Positions 26,666 through 39,800 of a stretch of 64,000 nt of DNA are shown piece by piece. The stretch lies in contig OX597815.1 in NCBI GenBank assembly GCA_951406725.2, positions 161,572,001 to 161,636,000 of the forward strand. The letters are read 5' to 3'. The position numbers were made by a program, and so were the translations under genes. The notes beneath the pieces are model-generated. The model did no database searches. It was not told the DNA's origin and saw only the letters and a program-made list of their open reading frames with translations. The DNA is from Octopus vulgaris (lineage: Eukaryota). The first letter of the stretch is position 1; each line of letters starts with the position of its first letter.

Positions 26666-26914
26666 ATCCAAAATTAGGGAACAGAGTTAATAAAATCCAA
26701 GCTGCATATGTTTCATAGCTAGCAGAACCTCAGAAGTAGTAACTACCCAAATGAGAGGCAATCCACCAGCTACTCATCAGGCCAAGGATACTTTAGTCAA
26801 ATGACGGTTACATTGCCATCATGTTAACTAGCAGGAAAATTACTACTTCTGAGGTCCTGTTAGCTATGAAACATGTAACCTGGATTTTATTGATTCCATA
26901 CCCTAAATTTGGAT
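26666..26914. repeat. Inverted repeat (about 75-bp arms) containing a degenerate HHR
   Basis: Arms 26666-26742 and 26840-26914; minus-strand CUGAUGA (26780-26774) and GAAA (26714-26711) enclose the stem guagcugg/cuagcuau. Confidence 0.75.
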
Positions 26915-26942
26915 ATATATATATATATATATTTCCCTGGCT

Positions 26943-27040
26943 TCTTTGCTGACGAGACAGGCCAGTGGCAAATAGATTTAATTTAATTTACTTAAATCGG
27001 TTTGCCAATATGTATGTCGAAACTATGCATAGTCCAAAGA
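26943..27040 (+). ncRNA. Canonical type I hammerhead ribozyme
   Basis: Stem I ucuuug/caaaga; CUGACGA 26949-26955; stem II gaca/uguc; GAAA 27019-27022; stem III ACUAUGCAUAGU; GUC cleavage triplet ending 27034. Confidence 0.9.
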
Positions 27041-27179
27041 TGATAAGGGTAAATGTTTTTATTTTCCTTTGGTTTCTGAATTACAACTATTTAGCGGTTT
27101 GAGTTTAGCTGCTCTTTCTAGTGGGTCGAATGGCCTATCAAGGCCATTCCTTAATATTGTTGAGAGTATATATATATAT

Positions 27180-27357
27180 AGGCATAGGAGTGGCTGTGTG
27201 GTAAGCAGCTTGCTTACGAACTACATGGTTCCAGGTTCAGTCCCACTGCATGGCACCTTGGGCAAGTGTCCTCTACTATTGCCTCGGGCCAACCAAAGCC
27301 TTGTGGGTGGATTTGGTAGACGGAAACCAAAAGAAGCCCGTCATATATATGTATATG

Positions 27358-27418
<61 letters not shown>

Positions 27419-27618
27419 ATATGTGTGTGTGTATGTTTCTGTGTCTGTGTTTGTCCCTCCAACATCGCTTGACAACTGATGCTGGTGTGTTTGCATCCAT
27501 TTAACTTAGTGGTTCGGGAAAAGAGACCGATAGAATAAGTACCAGGCTTCCAAAGAATAAGTCCTGGGGTCGATTTGCTTGACTAAAGGTGGTGCTCCAG
27601 CATGGTCGCAGTCAAATA
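27180..27618 (+). mobile_element. SINE family A, near full-length (reference copy for this family)
   Basis: tRNA-like head tggctgtgtggtaag..ggttcagtccc, internal (TA)n/(TG)n, conserved tail. Confidence 0.9.
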
Positions 27619-27627
27619 TACACTTAT

Positions 27628-27661
<34 letters not shown>

Positions 27662-27879
27662 GTGTGTATGTAAATATTTGAAGACGGCTTAGCTGTCCAA
27701 AACTTTGAAGCCATTGTCAACAATGTTGCTGGTTAAGAATTAAAAATTTATACTCTACAAAAGTATAGAGTAACTCACCAGATTAATGTAAAATTGTGTT
27801 TGTTATAACTGAATATAAAAACAAACATTAATATACATATGCCATCTACCCCACTTACTCATCCTACATCCATACTTTC

Positions 27880-28010
27880 TGCATTTTCCAGTTGAAGTTG
27901 GATGTAGAGGATTTGTTGGACACTGTGAGATGACTGTTATCGTCAGGCCTAACTCATCATAAAACAAATACAACCATGAGTGATATCTAAATTGCAGTGG
28001 AAAAAGCAGT
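27880..28010 (+). pseudogene. RLE-type non-LTR (Hero/NeSL-like) C-terminal fragment
   Basis: FPVEVGCRGFVG motif from 27885, followed by ..IAVEKA. Confidence 0.6.
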
Positions 28011-28012
28011 GA

Positions 28013-28194
28013 TATAGATCCATTTCAGTCAATTTTGCCAGTCAGTTTCACACATGAGTTAGGTAATAACCTAAGACAGTGCTCATCAGAAAAACATACT
28101 TTTCCTGCCAGACCATCTGATGAGTGTCATCTTAGGTTATCACTTCCTTTTTTCTATGAAACTAATCAGTAAAATCAGCTTAGCTAGATCTATA
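28013..28194. repeat. Degenerate fold-back with opposed HHR cores
   Basis: ataacctaaga..ctcatcaga / tctgatgag..tcttaggttat; CUGAUGA..GAAAC on + (28117, 28158) and on - (28089, 28049). Confidence 0.7.
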
Positions 28195-29463
28195 ATACTA
28201 TAAATATAGAACAAGAATTGATAAAATCACATCTTTAATTGATGATTACACCATTCATTAGCAACAATTGTTTCTATTGTACCAGCATATTTAGATAGTG
28301 AAAATGGTATAAAATACTAGTCAGATTAATATATTTTAAAATATTTGCTAGCACAATATTATCAAGGCAATCCAAAATGGGCTAAATTCTAAGTAAATTA
28401 AAAGAATATTTCTAATAGACGAACACATACAATGTTAAGAAGAAATATAATATTGTAAGAAAAGCCAGTTTAGTATTTAATCTTTGATGACATCAGTAGA
28501 TAGCAAAATAATTTTAAGAAATAAACAGAAATTTTATGTCTTGACCATTATCTAGCTCTTAAATTACTAAAAAAATTTTTAGAAAAATTATGCATATTAA
28601 ATTACTGGAAAAGTAGTTATAATTAATAGGTTTACTATTGAAATATCTAAAGGCTTTCCTGTATTTATGGGAACATTTCAATACAAAATTATTTCTACAA
28701 TTTAAAGATAACAATTTAGAAGTAATTATAATACATTTTCTAAAGGTAAAGATCACATTTAAAATTACTAGCATTGTATGATTGAGCATAACTAATAATG
28801 GATCACTTTGTATCACAGTTAATGTTCCTGTCTTTCAAATCCCAAATGCATTTACTAAGATTATTAAAATTACATTTTCTTCAAAACTTAAAGGAAGAAG
28901 AATGATTATTTAACCTAGATTTCCAAATTGGATCAAAAGAACTTATGTAATAATATGTATGATCCCCTGTTATTACCTTACATTGATACTCTATATTCTT
29001 CCTTAAACACTGATTTTTTTAAAGCACAGATAATTTTGTTTTTGAAATTACAAAGGCATTATTCACTTGTGTATGGTACTCATCATGGTCAAAGGAGTTA
29101 GTACTTATCTTGTGGTTTAGATATAAAGTTCACAGTCACAATGTTGTGCCTTTCATTACATATGTGCTGTATCTTTGAGCATTGTACTTCAATTTATGTT
29201 GCTCCAGTTTTCTCAACAGCAATGAGTACCACATGGGTGTTCATGAAGTCCTCTTTCACATTAGCTGTTGCATTATAGATGTTTCTGTGGGTCAAAGGTG
29301 TCTGTGTCTGCTTGTTGCTACATAGGCACCTCAAACAATTAGTAAAAAAAAAAAAGAAATAAAGAAAGAAAGGAAAGAAGAAAGAAATAAAGAAAAAGAA
29401 AGAATGGAAGGATGGAAGATAGATGGATTGATAGATAAACAGACAAACAGATGTGCAGATAGA

Positions 29464-29535
<72 letters not shown>

Positions 29536-31779
29536 TAGATAAGTAGACACACAGACTGACAGACAGATTGATGGACTGATAGATAGATAGGCAGGTGGAA
29601 GGTAGGTAGGTAGATATAGATATATTTACACATACACACAAATGCACACAATGAATATGATTTAAATTTTTATTTGTGGTTGTATGAGCATTAAGTCCCT
29701 GTAGTCTTAAATACATTACATTGACAAATTCAAACATCAACATGTTTGCACACACACATTTATATATATCTGCACATGCATTTTTATATCTGAAGATATG
29801 CATTTGCAGCCTGGTCACATCTTCATTATGTAATGTGCATTATACATAATCAAACATTGATCATTATTCATTAACACATGAAGGAGATGACTAAGGACTG
29901 AGATATCTGGCACCATGCAGTTCTCAAAGAGACCCATTCACCACGGTTGAATTGATACCAGAGCTGGTGTTATATAAAAGGTATTCATGCTGGTGTCACA
30001 TTAAAATCTATCTCTGGTGAAATTTTATTATAAGCTATTCATATTGATACAACAGCTGGAGAATCTAACAATAATTTTATTTTACGTTAAAAGCATTATA
30101 CATATATATATATGACAAAAAAAAGAATATTACAAGTAATACCATGTTATAAAATAAATAAGATAAATAAACTAAGTAACTAATTCTGGTTTTAAATAAA
30201 TTAAGGGTGACAGCCTAGAAAATTTTAAATAATGATTTCTCATTTAGGTACAAGACCAACAATTTGTGGGGAGGGATAAGTGGAGTAATTTTATTGACCC
30301 CATAGGAATGAAGTAAGTGGAGTATTTTATCAACCCCATAGGAATGAAAGGTAAAGCTAACCTCTGCAGGATTGAACCCAGAATGTAATGGGCCATAACT
30401 CTATGCTGCAAGGCATATTAACTGATGCATAGGCACAAGGCCAGCAATTTAAAGGAAAGAGGAAAGTCGATTAAACTCACTCCCGTTACTAGTACAAAAC
30501 AACAAGCTTTTGGAAATTCATTAGTATTTTGACTGACACAAATTGAGAAACAGCATGATGAAAAAAAAAAACAAAAAAATAGCCAGCAGGAATGGGAAGA
30601 AAACCTGGAGAGATTTGTTGGTTATTATAACACATGGAACAAAAATATCTATCCATAGTATATGTAGGCATATTTTAGGGTATTGATAACCTTCAACCTT
30701 AAGAAGATCAACCATTTTGAGACACAACACACCTGCTTCAGGACACTAGAAAACAAGAAAATTGCTGTCAGAAAATATGCTTTATAACCAGCCAGAGTTT
30801 ATAAAAACTTGAAGCTGAACAACTGCCCTAGTCTGTAACATACGTGTGAGTTTACTGCTACTCCACACTGCAGTTAACAAATCTCCATTTTCAATTTCTC
30901 TACGATGTCTCTACCAATAACCAACACAAATTCCATGCAAACTAAGAACTTTAATAATGAACTGTTTATCTTTACAGGACAAACTTTTTATGGAATAAGG
31001 ATTTAACAACATCAACACGACTCAAGTAATTTCTCCTTGAACATTTTTCATGACATCATAGCAGAGAAAAGAGTAGGTAGTATGTCTGTTCTAGCTTTGA
31101 TTTAAAACATATATTTTCAATCTCAGGTAGGCTCAGACAACACTGTAAGTTGACAGCTCTATTCGGTCTGTGATTGGCTTCCTCTAACAAGCACAGTCTA
31201 TTACGTCTGATTGTCTCCTATATAATGTGGCTGCTGCCATGTTTAATTGAGTTCCTTGTCTTGCTTCTCTAAAGGACTCCTGGCATGCAGCTTTGCTCTA
31301 TCACATTAACACTGGCCTTTCTCACACGAGAACATTCTTTGTCCACGTCATCTACCATCTTTTCTAGAAACATTTCTATCACGACTCTATCTATATACAC
31401 AAAGCACATCCAGCATCTAACATCATGCATTCATTTACTGCTAACACACCATAGACATCTTGATTAAACACAATCCATCTCTATACAGAAATCTTATACA
31501 AAACACTTAACATTGTACATAACCCACTGCTGTGAATAAACTTTCCTATTGAACAAGTTGAATTTTGCCCATCTATCTCTGTATACCAACCACCATTGAG
31601 TTTCGTCAATCTTTATACCAGCTATTCAATGAACACACAGACACAGTGATCAACAAGCTACCACCATCAACATCGTCATAGACTGTGAACACTCTGCCAT
31701 GTTACAGCAACAAGCTTCAAAGATAGTGAATTCACCATACTAATTATACCATCCCTAAACTGATACTGAGAATCTTACA

Positions 31780-33985
31780 TTAAATTAGGAGTGGGCAAAA
31801 AACCCATTAAGAGTATTATAAGCTCAGAAATTTTATGAGTGGATTTGCCAACACCCAACACACCAACTGAAGAAATGATTTATATTTCAAAAAGCTGGAT
31901 GAAAGGTTGGCAAAAAGAGTATGGGGTACCACTGAAATTTCCAAACAAATGCATTTCAATTTCCAAAAGGCATTGTGTTGAGCGCATTCAGGATTATTTG
32001 AAAAACATATGGAGTGTGTGTTGTTATTTCCCTGACAAATTTTGCATAGAACCTCCCATTATCAATGGAGATCAAATGCCCTTGTACCAAAAGGAAAGTA
32101 GCAAACAAGCTACCTTATCATCTAGAAATCAAGATACGTTTGTCAAAGAAAACCACTATTTGTCTAGGGAATGTATCACAGTGTTCACCTAGGTTAGCAA
32201 TGGTACCAAAATCAATCTTATTCCAGAGTTTGTATTTAAAGGAACTGGAAAAAGACCACTACTACTGAATGTCCTGCCAACAATGAAATATCAATGGTCT
32301 CCTAAAGGTTCTTATACATTAGAACAGTTGCTCTGTACTACTGAAAACCTTCCAAACCAATTCAGTATGTTTTCACATGCGATTTTTCGATTTATGTGCT
32401 CGATGATTACATGGTGCATTTGATGCCTAAGGTGAGAGATGCCCTCTGGAAAAGGGGTTATGTGCTGGTCATCATCGGTGGTGGTATCACCAGATTTGTT
32501 CAAGTTAATAACATGCACTTGCACAAACAAGTGAAAGCAAAATATGAAATAGAGAAAGCAAAGATGCTAGAAAAGTTAGTTCAACCCACACTCAGTCAAT
32601 CTGTGATGATGTAGTTACTACATCAAGCACTTGCAGATTGCAAGTTGAAGCTGCTTTCAAGTCATCATAGGCCACAAATGCTTTCAATGGATCTGAAGAT
32701 TAAAAGGTATCAGACTGAATCATGCACCTCATTGGTCAGTCAATACAAGGGTTTCATCTAGAGATGATGTCAATAACCTGCCCAAAGAGTCATTAAGAAT
32801 TTAATTCCACCAAAAGGGGTCAAGTGTGCAAACAATATTGAAGGCTCAGAGCTATTTGATGGTGATGGCATTGAGGAAAAAGCTGCCGAAAGTGAGTCGG
32901 AAGATGAAAGCGAGCCATCTAGGGGTCTTTTAGAGATGATTGACCCATCTGGAGAAATCCCCATGGAGGTTTCACAGGAGCCAAAGCACAGTCTGCCAAA
33001 CATGATTATGGAAAGCTCTATCTCTCTTGTAGGAATCAGCAGTGATGATCAGGTTACTAAAAATGCCATATTCCTTGAAAAAATACAGGTGTTGGAGGAA
33101 AATGAGACTGCTATACTTTTCTTGCCATATCGAAGCAAACTCATGTCAACTGTCAGTGAAGCTTGGTGATCCATAAAGAAGTGAATATCGAAACCAAGAA
33201 ACCTGCAGAAGGACAGCAAGGAAAAATCATAAGGCTATCATTTATACCTATTTACATAGTGCTATATTTTATTATGTATAGTATAATAAATACTGCAATT
33301 TCATGAAATGGTAATTATTCTCTTTCATTGTGTTTAACTTTTCTTTCTTTTTAAGACAAGTTACTTGTATCAATATCTGTTTAGTCCACAGCATTTAAAA
33401 AAAAAAATCCCATAATTACCATAATTAACAAATGTCTTATTCTTATTATCCAAATGTATATCTTAACTTAAGTGAATGTTTGAAGCACACCTATGTGCTA
33501 ATTTCTCTTGCCTCTTGTTAATTTCTTTTGCCTCGTTGTGTCGTGATATGTGCTTTAAGATGCTTTTTCCTTAATCTTCGTACATACACTATACAGTTAC
33601 CGATTCCCACCCACCCGTTTATATGAATTTAAGTAAATGTCCAACCCACCTGTTTATTCCACCCCCACCCCACTATTATTTGAGACCCAAGAGTAAATAA
33701 CCGATTTTAAATTTTTCATATGAATTTAAGTAAATGTCCAACCCACCTGTTTATTCCACCCACCCCACCCCACTATTATTTGAGACCCGAGAGTAAATAA
33801 CTGGTTTTAAATTTTAAGATTTTCTAGAAAATCTTAAAATTTTATACAGCTACCACTATACAATTACAAATTTTCCAATCCCTGCCCCATTATTTATTTC
33901 AACCCACTCACTTATATGAATTTAACCAAATGTCCAACCCACCTGCTTATTCCAACCCCCACCTATAATTTGGAACCCAAGAGTA
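31780..33985 (+). mobile_element. pogo-family DDE_1 transposon, degraded, with triplicated right end
   Basis: INGDQMP..PEFVFKGTG..QWSPKGSY..VLDDYMVH..IIGGGITRFVQVN with stops; terminal ..ccc(a/g)agag-TA ending at 33695, 33795 and 33985. Confidence 0.8.
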
Positions 33986-34154
33986 ATGCAAGATTTCTGT
34001 TTGCTTTCTCCAGTTAAATGGTATTTTCTCAACTAATTAGAATTTTTTCATATGACATTCAGAACATCATCCTTGAATTAAATTATTCTGTTGCATGTTG
34101 TGTCCCATTTACCTTGTTTCCCTTAGCTCAGTTCATGTTTTTATATATCTTTTT

Positions 34155-34535
34155 TTTCTCTTTTTTACTTGTTTCAGTCATTTGACTGCGGCCATGCTGG
34201 AGCACTGCCTTTAGTCGAGCAAATCGACCCCAGGACTTATTCTTTCTAAGCCCAGTACTTATTCTATCGGTCTCTTTTGTCGAACCGCTAAGTGACGGGG
34301 ACGTAAACACACCAGCATCGGTTGTCAAGCAATGCTAGGGGCACAAGCACAGACACACAAACACACACATATATATATATATATGACAGGCTTCTTTCAG
34401 TTTCCGTCTACCAAATCCACTCACAAGGCATTGGTCGGCCCGGGGCTATAACAGAAGACACTTGCCCAAGGTGCCACACAGTGGGACTGAACCCGGAACC
34501 ATGTGGTTGGTAAGCAAGCTACTTACCACACAGCC
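34155..34535 (-). mobile_element. SINE family A, well conserved
   Basis: Reverse complement of 27180-27618. Confidence 0.9.
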
Positions 34536-34672
34536 AATATATATATATATATATAGTTATATTTCGGAATGGTCATTTTGCCAGTTTAGCCACTAAAAAC
34601 ACATGCACTATATATCTGGTGTTATTTTGCTTCAGTGTTATTTATTTTTTACATTAATCTTAATCTTATTTC

Positions 34673-34717
34673 GGCCAGAGTTCTTTTGTCACACTCCTGT
34701 GACCGCATCAGTGGTCC
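34673..34717 (-). ncRNA. Degenerate HHR-like motif
   Basis: cca-CUGAUGcg-GUCACA(ggag)UGUGAC-AAAA-gaac-UC-ugg; core substitutions make activity unlikely. Confidence 0.45.
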
Positions 34718-34996
34718 TTTGTTTTCTTCTTTCTTATTTGTGTCTCTCCTTACTAACCGTCAGCCATTTTGTATTTCTACGACTTCACATAAAAAATCTT
34801 GCACAACAAATATATAAACGTGTATATATATATATATATATATACTAGCCTAAGTACCTGGCATTGCTTGCAGGTTTAAAGGATGTTAAAGGAAATAGAT
34901 ATATTTATTCTGATAAAAAATATATTTTCAGAAAAATTCTATCAGATGACGCAAGTATAAACAGTTATTAAAACAAATCCTGAAATCAATCACAGT

Positions 34997-35700
34997 TTAA
35001 TTTTGTAGACCTTCTAAATATACAATGTCTTCCATGTGTTCTTTAATTGGGGTACAAATAAAAAGAGTTTGGAGACTTCCAACTCACAAATATCCTACAT
35101 ATAATTGCCCATGAGAGAAGCCTGGAGAAGCAAGGTTAAGTCCAACACCCTTGAAAGATTGTCCCTGAGATTTGTTTATCGACATTTCAAAACTTAGTTT
35201 AACTGGGAACTGGAGCTGTTTAAATTGAATGGGGAGGTCAGACGGGATTAACAGGATCAGTAGAATGAAGGCATCTTAATCCTTATATTTCCCAGTGATA
35301 ATTGCTGCTTCTAGGACATGGGGTTGAATTGCTTTCACCACTAGTCTGGTGCCATTGCACAGGCAAGGTGGATCCAGATTCCTGAACAGTATAATTGGGG
35401 ACCCCTTTTTAAGTGTTAAGTTGTGTAGTGGCATCCTAGATGGCTGTAGAGAGTTCAGGAACTCAATTTTAAAAAACTACAGCTTGGTCCTGATCAATGA
35501 CTGTCGATGGATTTGAAAGATTGTTCTTGTTCTGGCAACAGCTGCAAGAGATCTCAATTGATTTTGTTGACATCATGTGGAGCTAAGATGGCTCACTCAC
35601 ATAGCCATTGATTGTTATTAAAGTTTTGTGCAATGTTTGGAAACACATGCATCTTGAGATCATTGACAGTTGGTACCAACTCACCACAGGGTGGCTTGTG
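34997..35700 (-). pseudogene. Helitron PIF1 helicase C-terminal remnant
   Basis: EFLNSL..P.H.L.LKKGVPIILFRNLDPPCLCNGTRLVV..QFPVKLSFEMSINKSQGQS..FSHGQLYV. Confidence 0.93.
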
Positions 35701-36597
35701 TTGCTGTTGCAATTCTCCATATAAATGATAGCAAAGTGTGTATCAAATGAAATTAAAATCCTGGTTCAGTGACAGATGAACCAAGTTAGTAAAGTTCTAA
35801 CGTTTTTGATAACAACATATTCTCTCTTGTAATTAAATATGGAAAAAGAAATGAAATGCTACCCTCTCTTTTGCAAGAGAAATTAAGTTAGCTTGGCTCG
35901 TGTAGGGTGCATGACATCACCTGTTACCCTTTCCAATGTCTAATGTGTATATGTATGACCTTTATGGAAGGGGTATTTTTTGTTACAAACAGCATAGTTG
36001 TGAATTCAATCATATGGGATCGTATGATTGTCCGTGAATTTCCATGAAAAATTTTATTTCTTTAACTAGCTTTGGAAGGCAACATTTGCTTTGATGTGTG
36101 AGCAGAAAGTGAAAGCTGTATGTACATGTATCATCATCATCATCATCATCGTTTAGCGTCCGTATATGAAATGGAAATGAGTGTGCATGAGTGAGAGAGA
36201 GTGAGTGAGTGAGTGAAGCTGTGTGATGTCATGTATATTTTTTGCATGTATATGTAAGTGGCACTCTCTCTATCTCTCTCTCTCTCACACACACACACAT
36301 ATTGTTCATATACATGTACATGCATACATCTTTTTTGCATGATTATGTGTGTGAGAGAGAGAGAGAGAGAGAGTGAGTAAGTGAAGGTGTGTGTTGTCAT
36401 GTATATGCAAGTGGCACTCTCTCTCCTTCTCTCTCACATATCTTTCATATACACATACATGCATGCATCTTTTTTGTATGAGCAAGTGTGTGTGAGAGAG
36501 AGTGAGTGAGTGAGTGAAAGGTGTGTGTTGTCATGTATATGTAAGTGGCACTCACTCTCTCTCTCACATACACACACTATCTTTCATATACACATAC

Positions 36598-36810
36598 ACG
36601 TCTGGCACTTGTGCGGGTGGCACGTAGAAAGCACCCACTACACTCATGGAGTGGTTGGCGTTAGGAAGGGCATCCAGCCATAGAAACACTGCCAGATCAG
36701 ACTGGGCCTGATGCAGCCTTCTGGCTTCACAGACCCCAGTTGAACCGTCCAACCCATGCTAGCATGGAAAGCGGACGCTAAATGATGATGATGATGATGA
36801 TGATGATGAT
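36598..36810 (+). mobile_element. RTE 3'UTR tail fragment inside the Helitron
   Basis: Matches 5955-6203 including the (gat)n tail. Confidence 0.88.
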
Positions 36811-39800
36811 ATATATATACATATGCATGCATCTTTTTCATATGTGTGTGTGCGTTTGTGTGTGTGAGAGAGAGTAAATGAAGATGTGTTTTCATGTATG
36901 TATTTTTTTAATGTATGTGTAAGTGGCACTCACTGTCTCTCACACACATACGCACACATTATCTTTCATATACATGTTCATACATAAATACATATGTGCA
37001 CATCTTTTTTGTATGTATGTGTGCATGTGCATGAGAGAGTGAAAGAGAGAGAGAGTGAGTGCCACTTACACATACATAACAACACACCTTCACTCACTCA
37101 CTCTCTCACATACACCACACAGGTCCACCTTTCACTTTCTCCTGTTTCACTTTATTTTTTCACTTCAAAGCAAACGTTGGCTTATCACTTTCTCTTCTCT
37201 TTCAATTTCTGCTCTCAGGGTAATGAAAGAATACCATGGAGGGTGAGTAATAGGAGGGTTAAGGGGGATGATTGGCAGAGGGGGAGGAGAGATTGGAAGG
37301 ATAGGAGGAAAGGTTTCTGAACCCCTTTCCCCTTTACCTGGTGGTATAATTGAGAAGGGTATAGGAAAGCATACAGAAGGGAACCACAGCCTCACCTCTG
37401 GAAGGGGAGGCGTTGCCTTCCTTTGCCAGTTAGTATGTAATGTTAGTTATCAGCATACAATATTTTAAAATTTCTATCCAAGTATAATTACTTACATCTG
37501 ATTTAAAATAGAAATATCCAGTGTTAATAAGTTGAGTTTCTCCAAGAATATTAAAAATAGGTAATGTTGGTTATCAGCATATAATATTTTTCAATCCATA
37601 TCCAAGAATAGATACGCACATCAGATTTAAATGTAAAATATCCAGTATTAATAAGGTGAGTTATTTCAAAAATATCCAAAATATTTATTGGAAATTTATC
37701 AAGGTATAGCAGTTTCTAATTCCTATCCAAATAGAAACAGTAACATGAGATTTAAATATGAAATATCAGGTGTACTGTAGCTAATTTTATAAGGTCCATT
37801 TCACAAACAATTATTTGAATAACTCATGTCAATATCTCTAATTAATGTCACAGGAATATTGGACTTTAAAATTTATAAAGTTTATCTTATAAATTGAAAG
37901 ATATCCTACAGTGTATATTGCCTAAAGGACCAAATGAATGAATGACTTATATCAATGTAATAAGAGTTTTCACCAGGTGATGTGTGCATATGTATTTATG
38001 TATGTATATATGAAAGATAATGTGTGCGTGTGTGTGTGAGGGACAGTGAGTGCCACTTACACATACATTCAAGACCTTTCATTATTTAGAAACCTTACTG
38101 CTTCTTTTTCTTCTAAGAGTTATATATGTTGTGTGTAACATCGAGTTTTAAGTTTTATATTACAGTAATTTCAGTTCTGCAACAGCAGGAGTAGCAGGGG
38201 CTTAGCGCTGGCCCTTCTGTAACGAAATTTATGGTTTAGGGTTGCAGTTAGGGTTAGTATTTGGCAAGTATGGTGTTATTGTAACTATTTGCCAAATTTT
38301 TGATCAAGTCCCAATTATGTTTATCAGCAACCAGCCTTTGTGTGCAAGTGTTGGTGTGAATGATTGCATGACAGGACTGTACCCGTACTTTTTACATACT
38401 TTGCTGCCAATTCATTGGATTAATCACATTTTTGGTAACAATATATTCTCTCGTCCAATTAAATATTGAAAAAGAGCGAAAATTCCACCCTCCCTTTTGC
38501 AAGAGAAATTAATTTTGGCAGTAAGGACTAAACCCCTTGTTTCATTATCACAATTAAAAAGTGTTTATTTTTACTTTAAAAAAAAATTAGGTGGGGTCAT
38601 AGATATATGATGGAGAATTATTCAATATCATGTTTGCTTCTATGAGAATCTTTTACCTTCAAAGCAAGAAAACAAACCGATGTGTACGATAGGTCTGTAA
38701 AACATATTTCTGTTTACTTTCTCAGTTCATTCACATAAGAAGTAGAAATTGCTGCATGCATGCACACACAAACAGAAAATTTCCAGACATTTAGCTGTTA
38801 TTTTTAGCAGTTCATTTTCAGTTTTAAACAATGGGATGGGGTAGCAAGGGGTGTGTGGATTAATTTTGGAGTTCTTCATAGAAAATTTGAAATAAAAAAT
38901 TCTTTTACCATATTCTTAATCTCTGTATTTTTCCACATAGGTTGAAAAAAGAATTGGAAAAAAAATTAAAAATACAAATTTGGTGGGAGGGAGGAATTTA
39001 AAATTTTGAAAACATGGCTTTTTGTATATTGGGAATCTCCATCATCAAAAACAAGAGAATCTACTGAAAAAAATTTGGAAGGGTCGTATGGTGGGGTACA
39101 GACCCCTATATGAGCAAGGGCCAAAATTTGCACCTCCTAGAACCACCCCTGAGTGATGAAAAACCTTCATGCCAAATTTGGAACAGAGTGATCCAGCAGT
39201 TTGGCCATGCATAGAGAAAACACACACATGTGCACACATGTGCACACACACAGACACACACATACACAGGGAATTTTTTTGATATAAAAGATTAATAAAT
39301 ATTAACGCTAAATCTTCTGTTAGTGTAGGTTCAGAAATTAGTATTTGAAGAAATTGACATAACACATAATAGACAAATTAATTCAAGTTGTCTATATAAA
39401 TTTAATCTATCTGATTAATCTCATCAGTTGTCTATATAAATCTGATAAATCTTATCAAATCTGATTTTGACCATAATTACCCGTCTTGTAGAATATTGTA
39501 AAGTATAGTAAACTTATTCAACTGTGTTAATTTCTATAAATCTCTATAAATTTGTTGTGTCTAGGGAGGAGTCATAGTGCCTTAATATAACACACTCACT
39601 GGTTAAATTCCCACTCATTTATTTATTCCTTTTGTTTATTGCAGAAAGAATTTTTATCACTGCATTTGTGACCATATCAATGGATTTTGACTTTATGAAT
39701 TTGTTGGGGTAAATTTTTGGACTGTATAGCAGAGAAATTAGAATTAGAAATCTTAATAAAATATATATTTATGCTTTAGGGGCTTAGCCTAAGGTCAACT

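Larger units (their letters stand above)
34845..39291 (-). mobile_element. Helitron, about 4.4 kb, internally deleted
   Basis: 5' A|TC at 39291 followed by (TG)n and catggccaaactgctgga..ccaaatttggcatg; 3' hairpin acctg/caggt then CTAG|T at 34845; carries a PIF1 remnant. That both ends belong to one element is inferred. Confidence 0.75.

Noticed and set aside
34997-35700. Host PIF1 helicase gene
   Set aside because: Intronless, stop-containing and next to a Helitron hairpin-CTAG end.
37235-37310. G-quadruplex
   Set aside because: G-tracts are separated by long loops and lie inside a TE; no further support.
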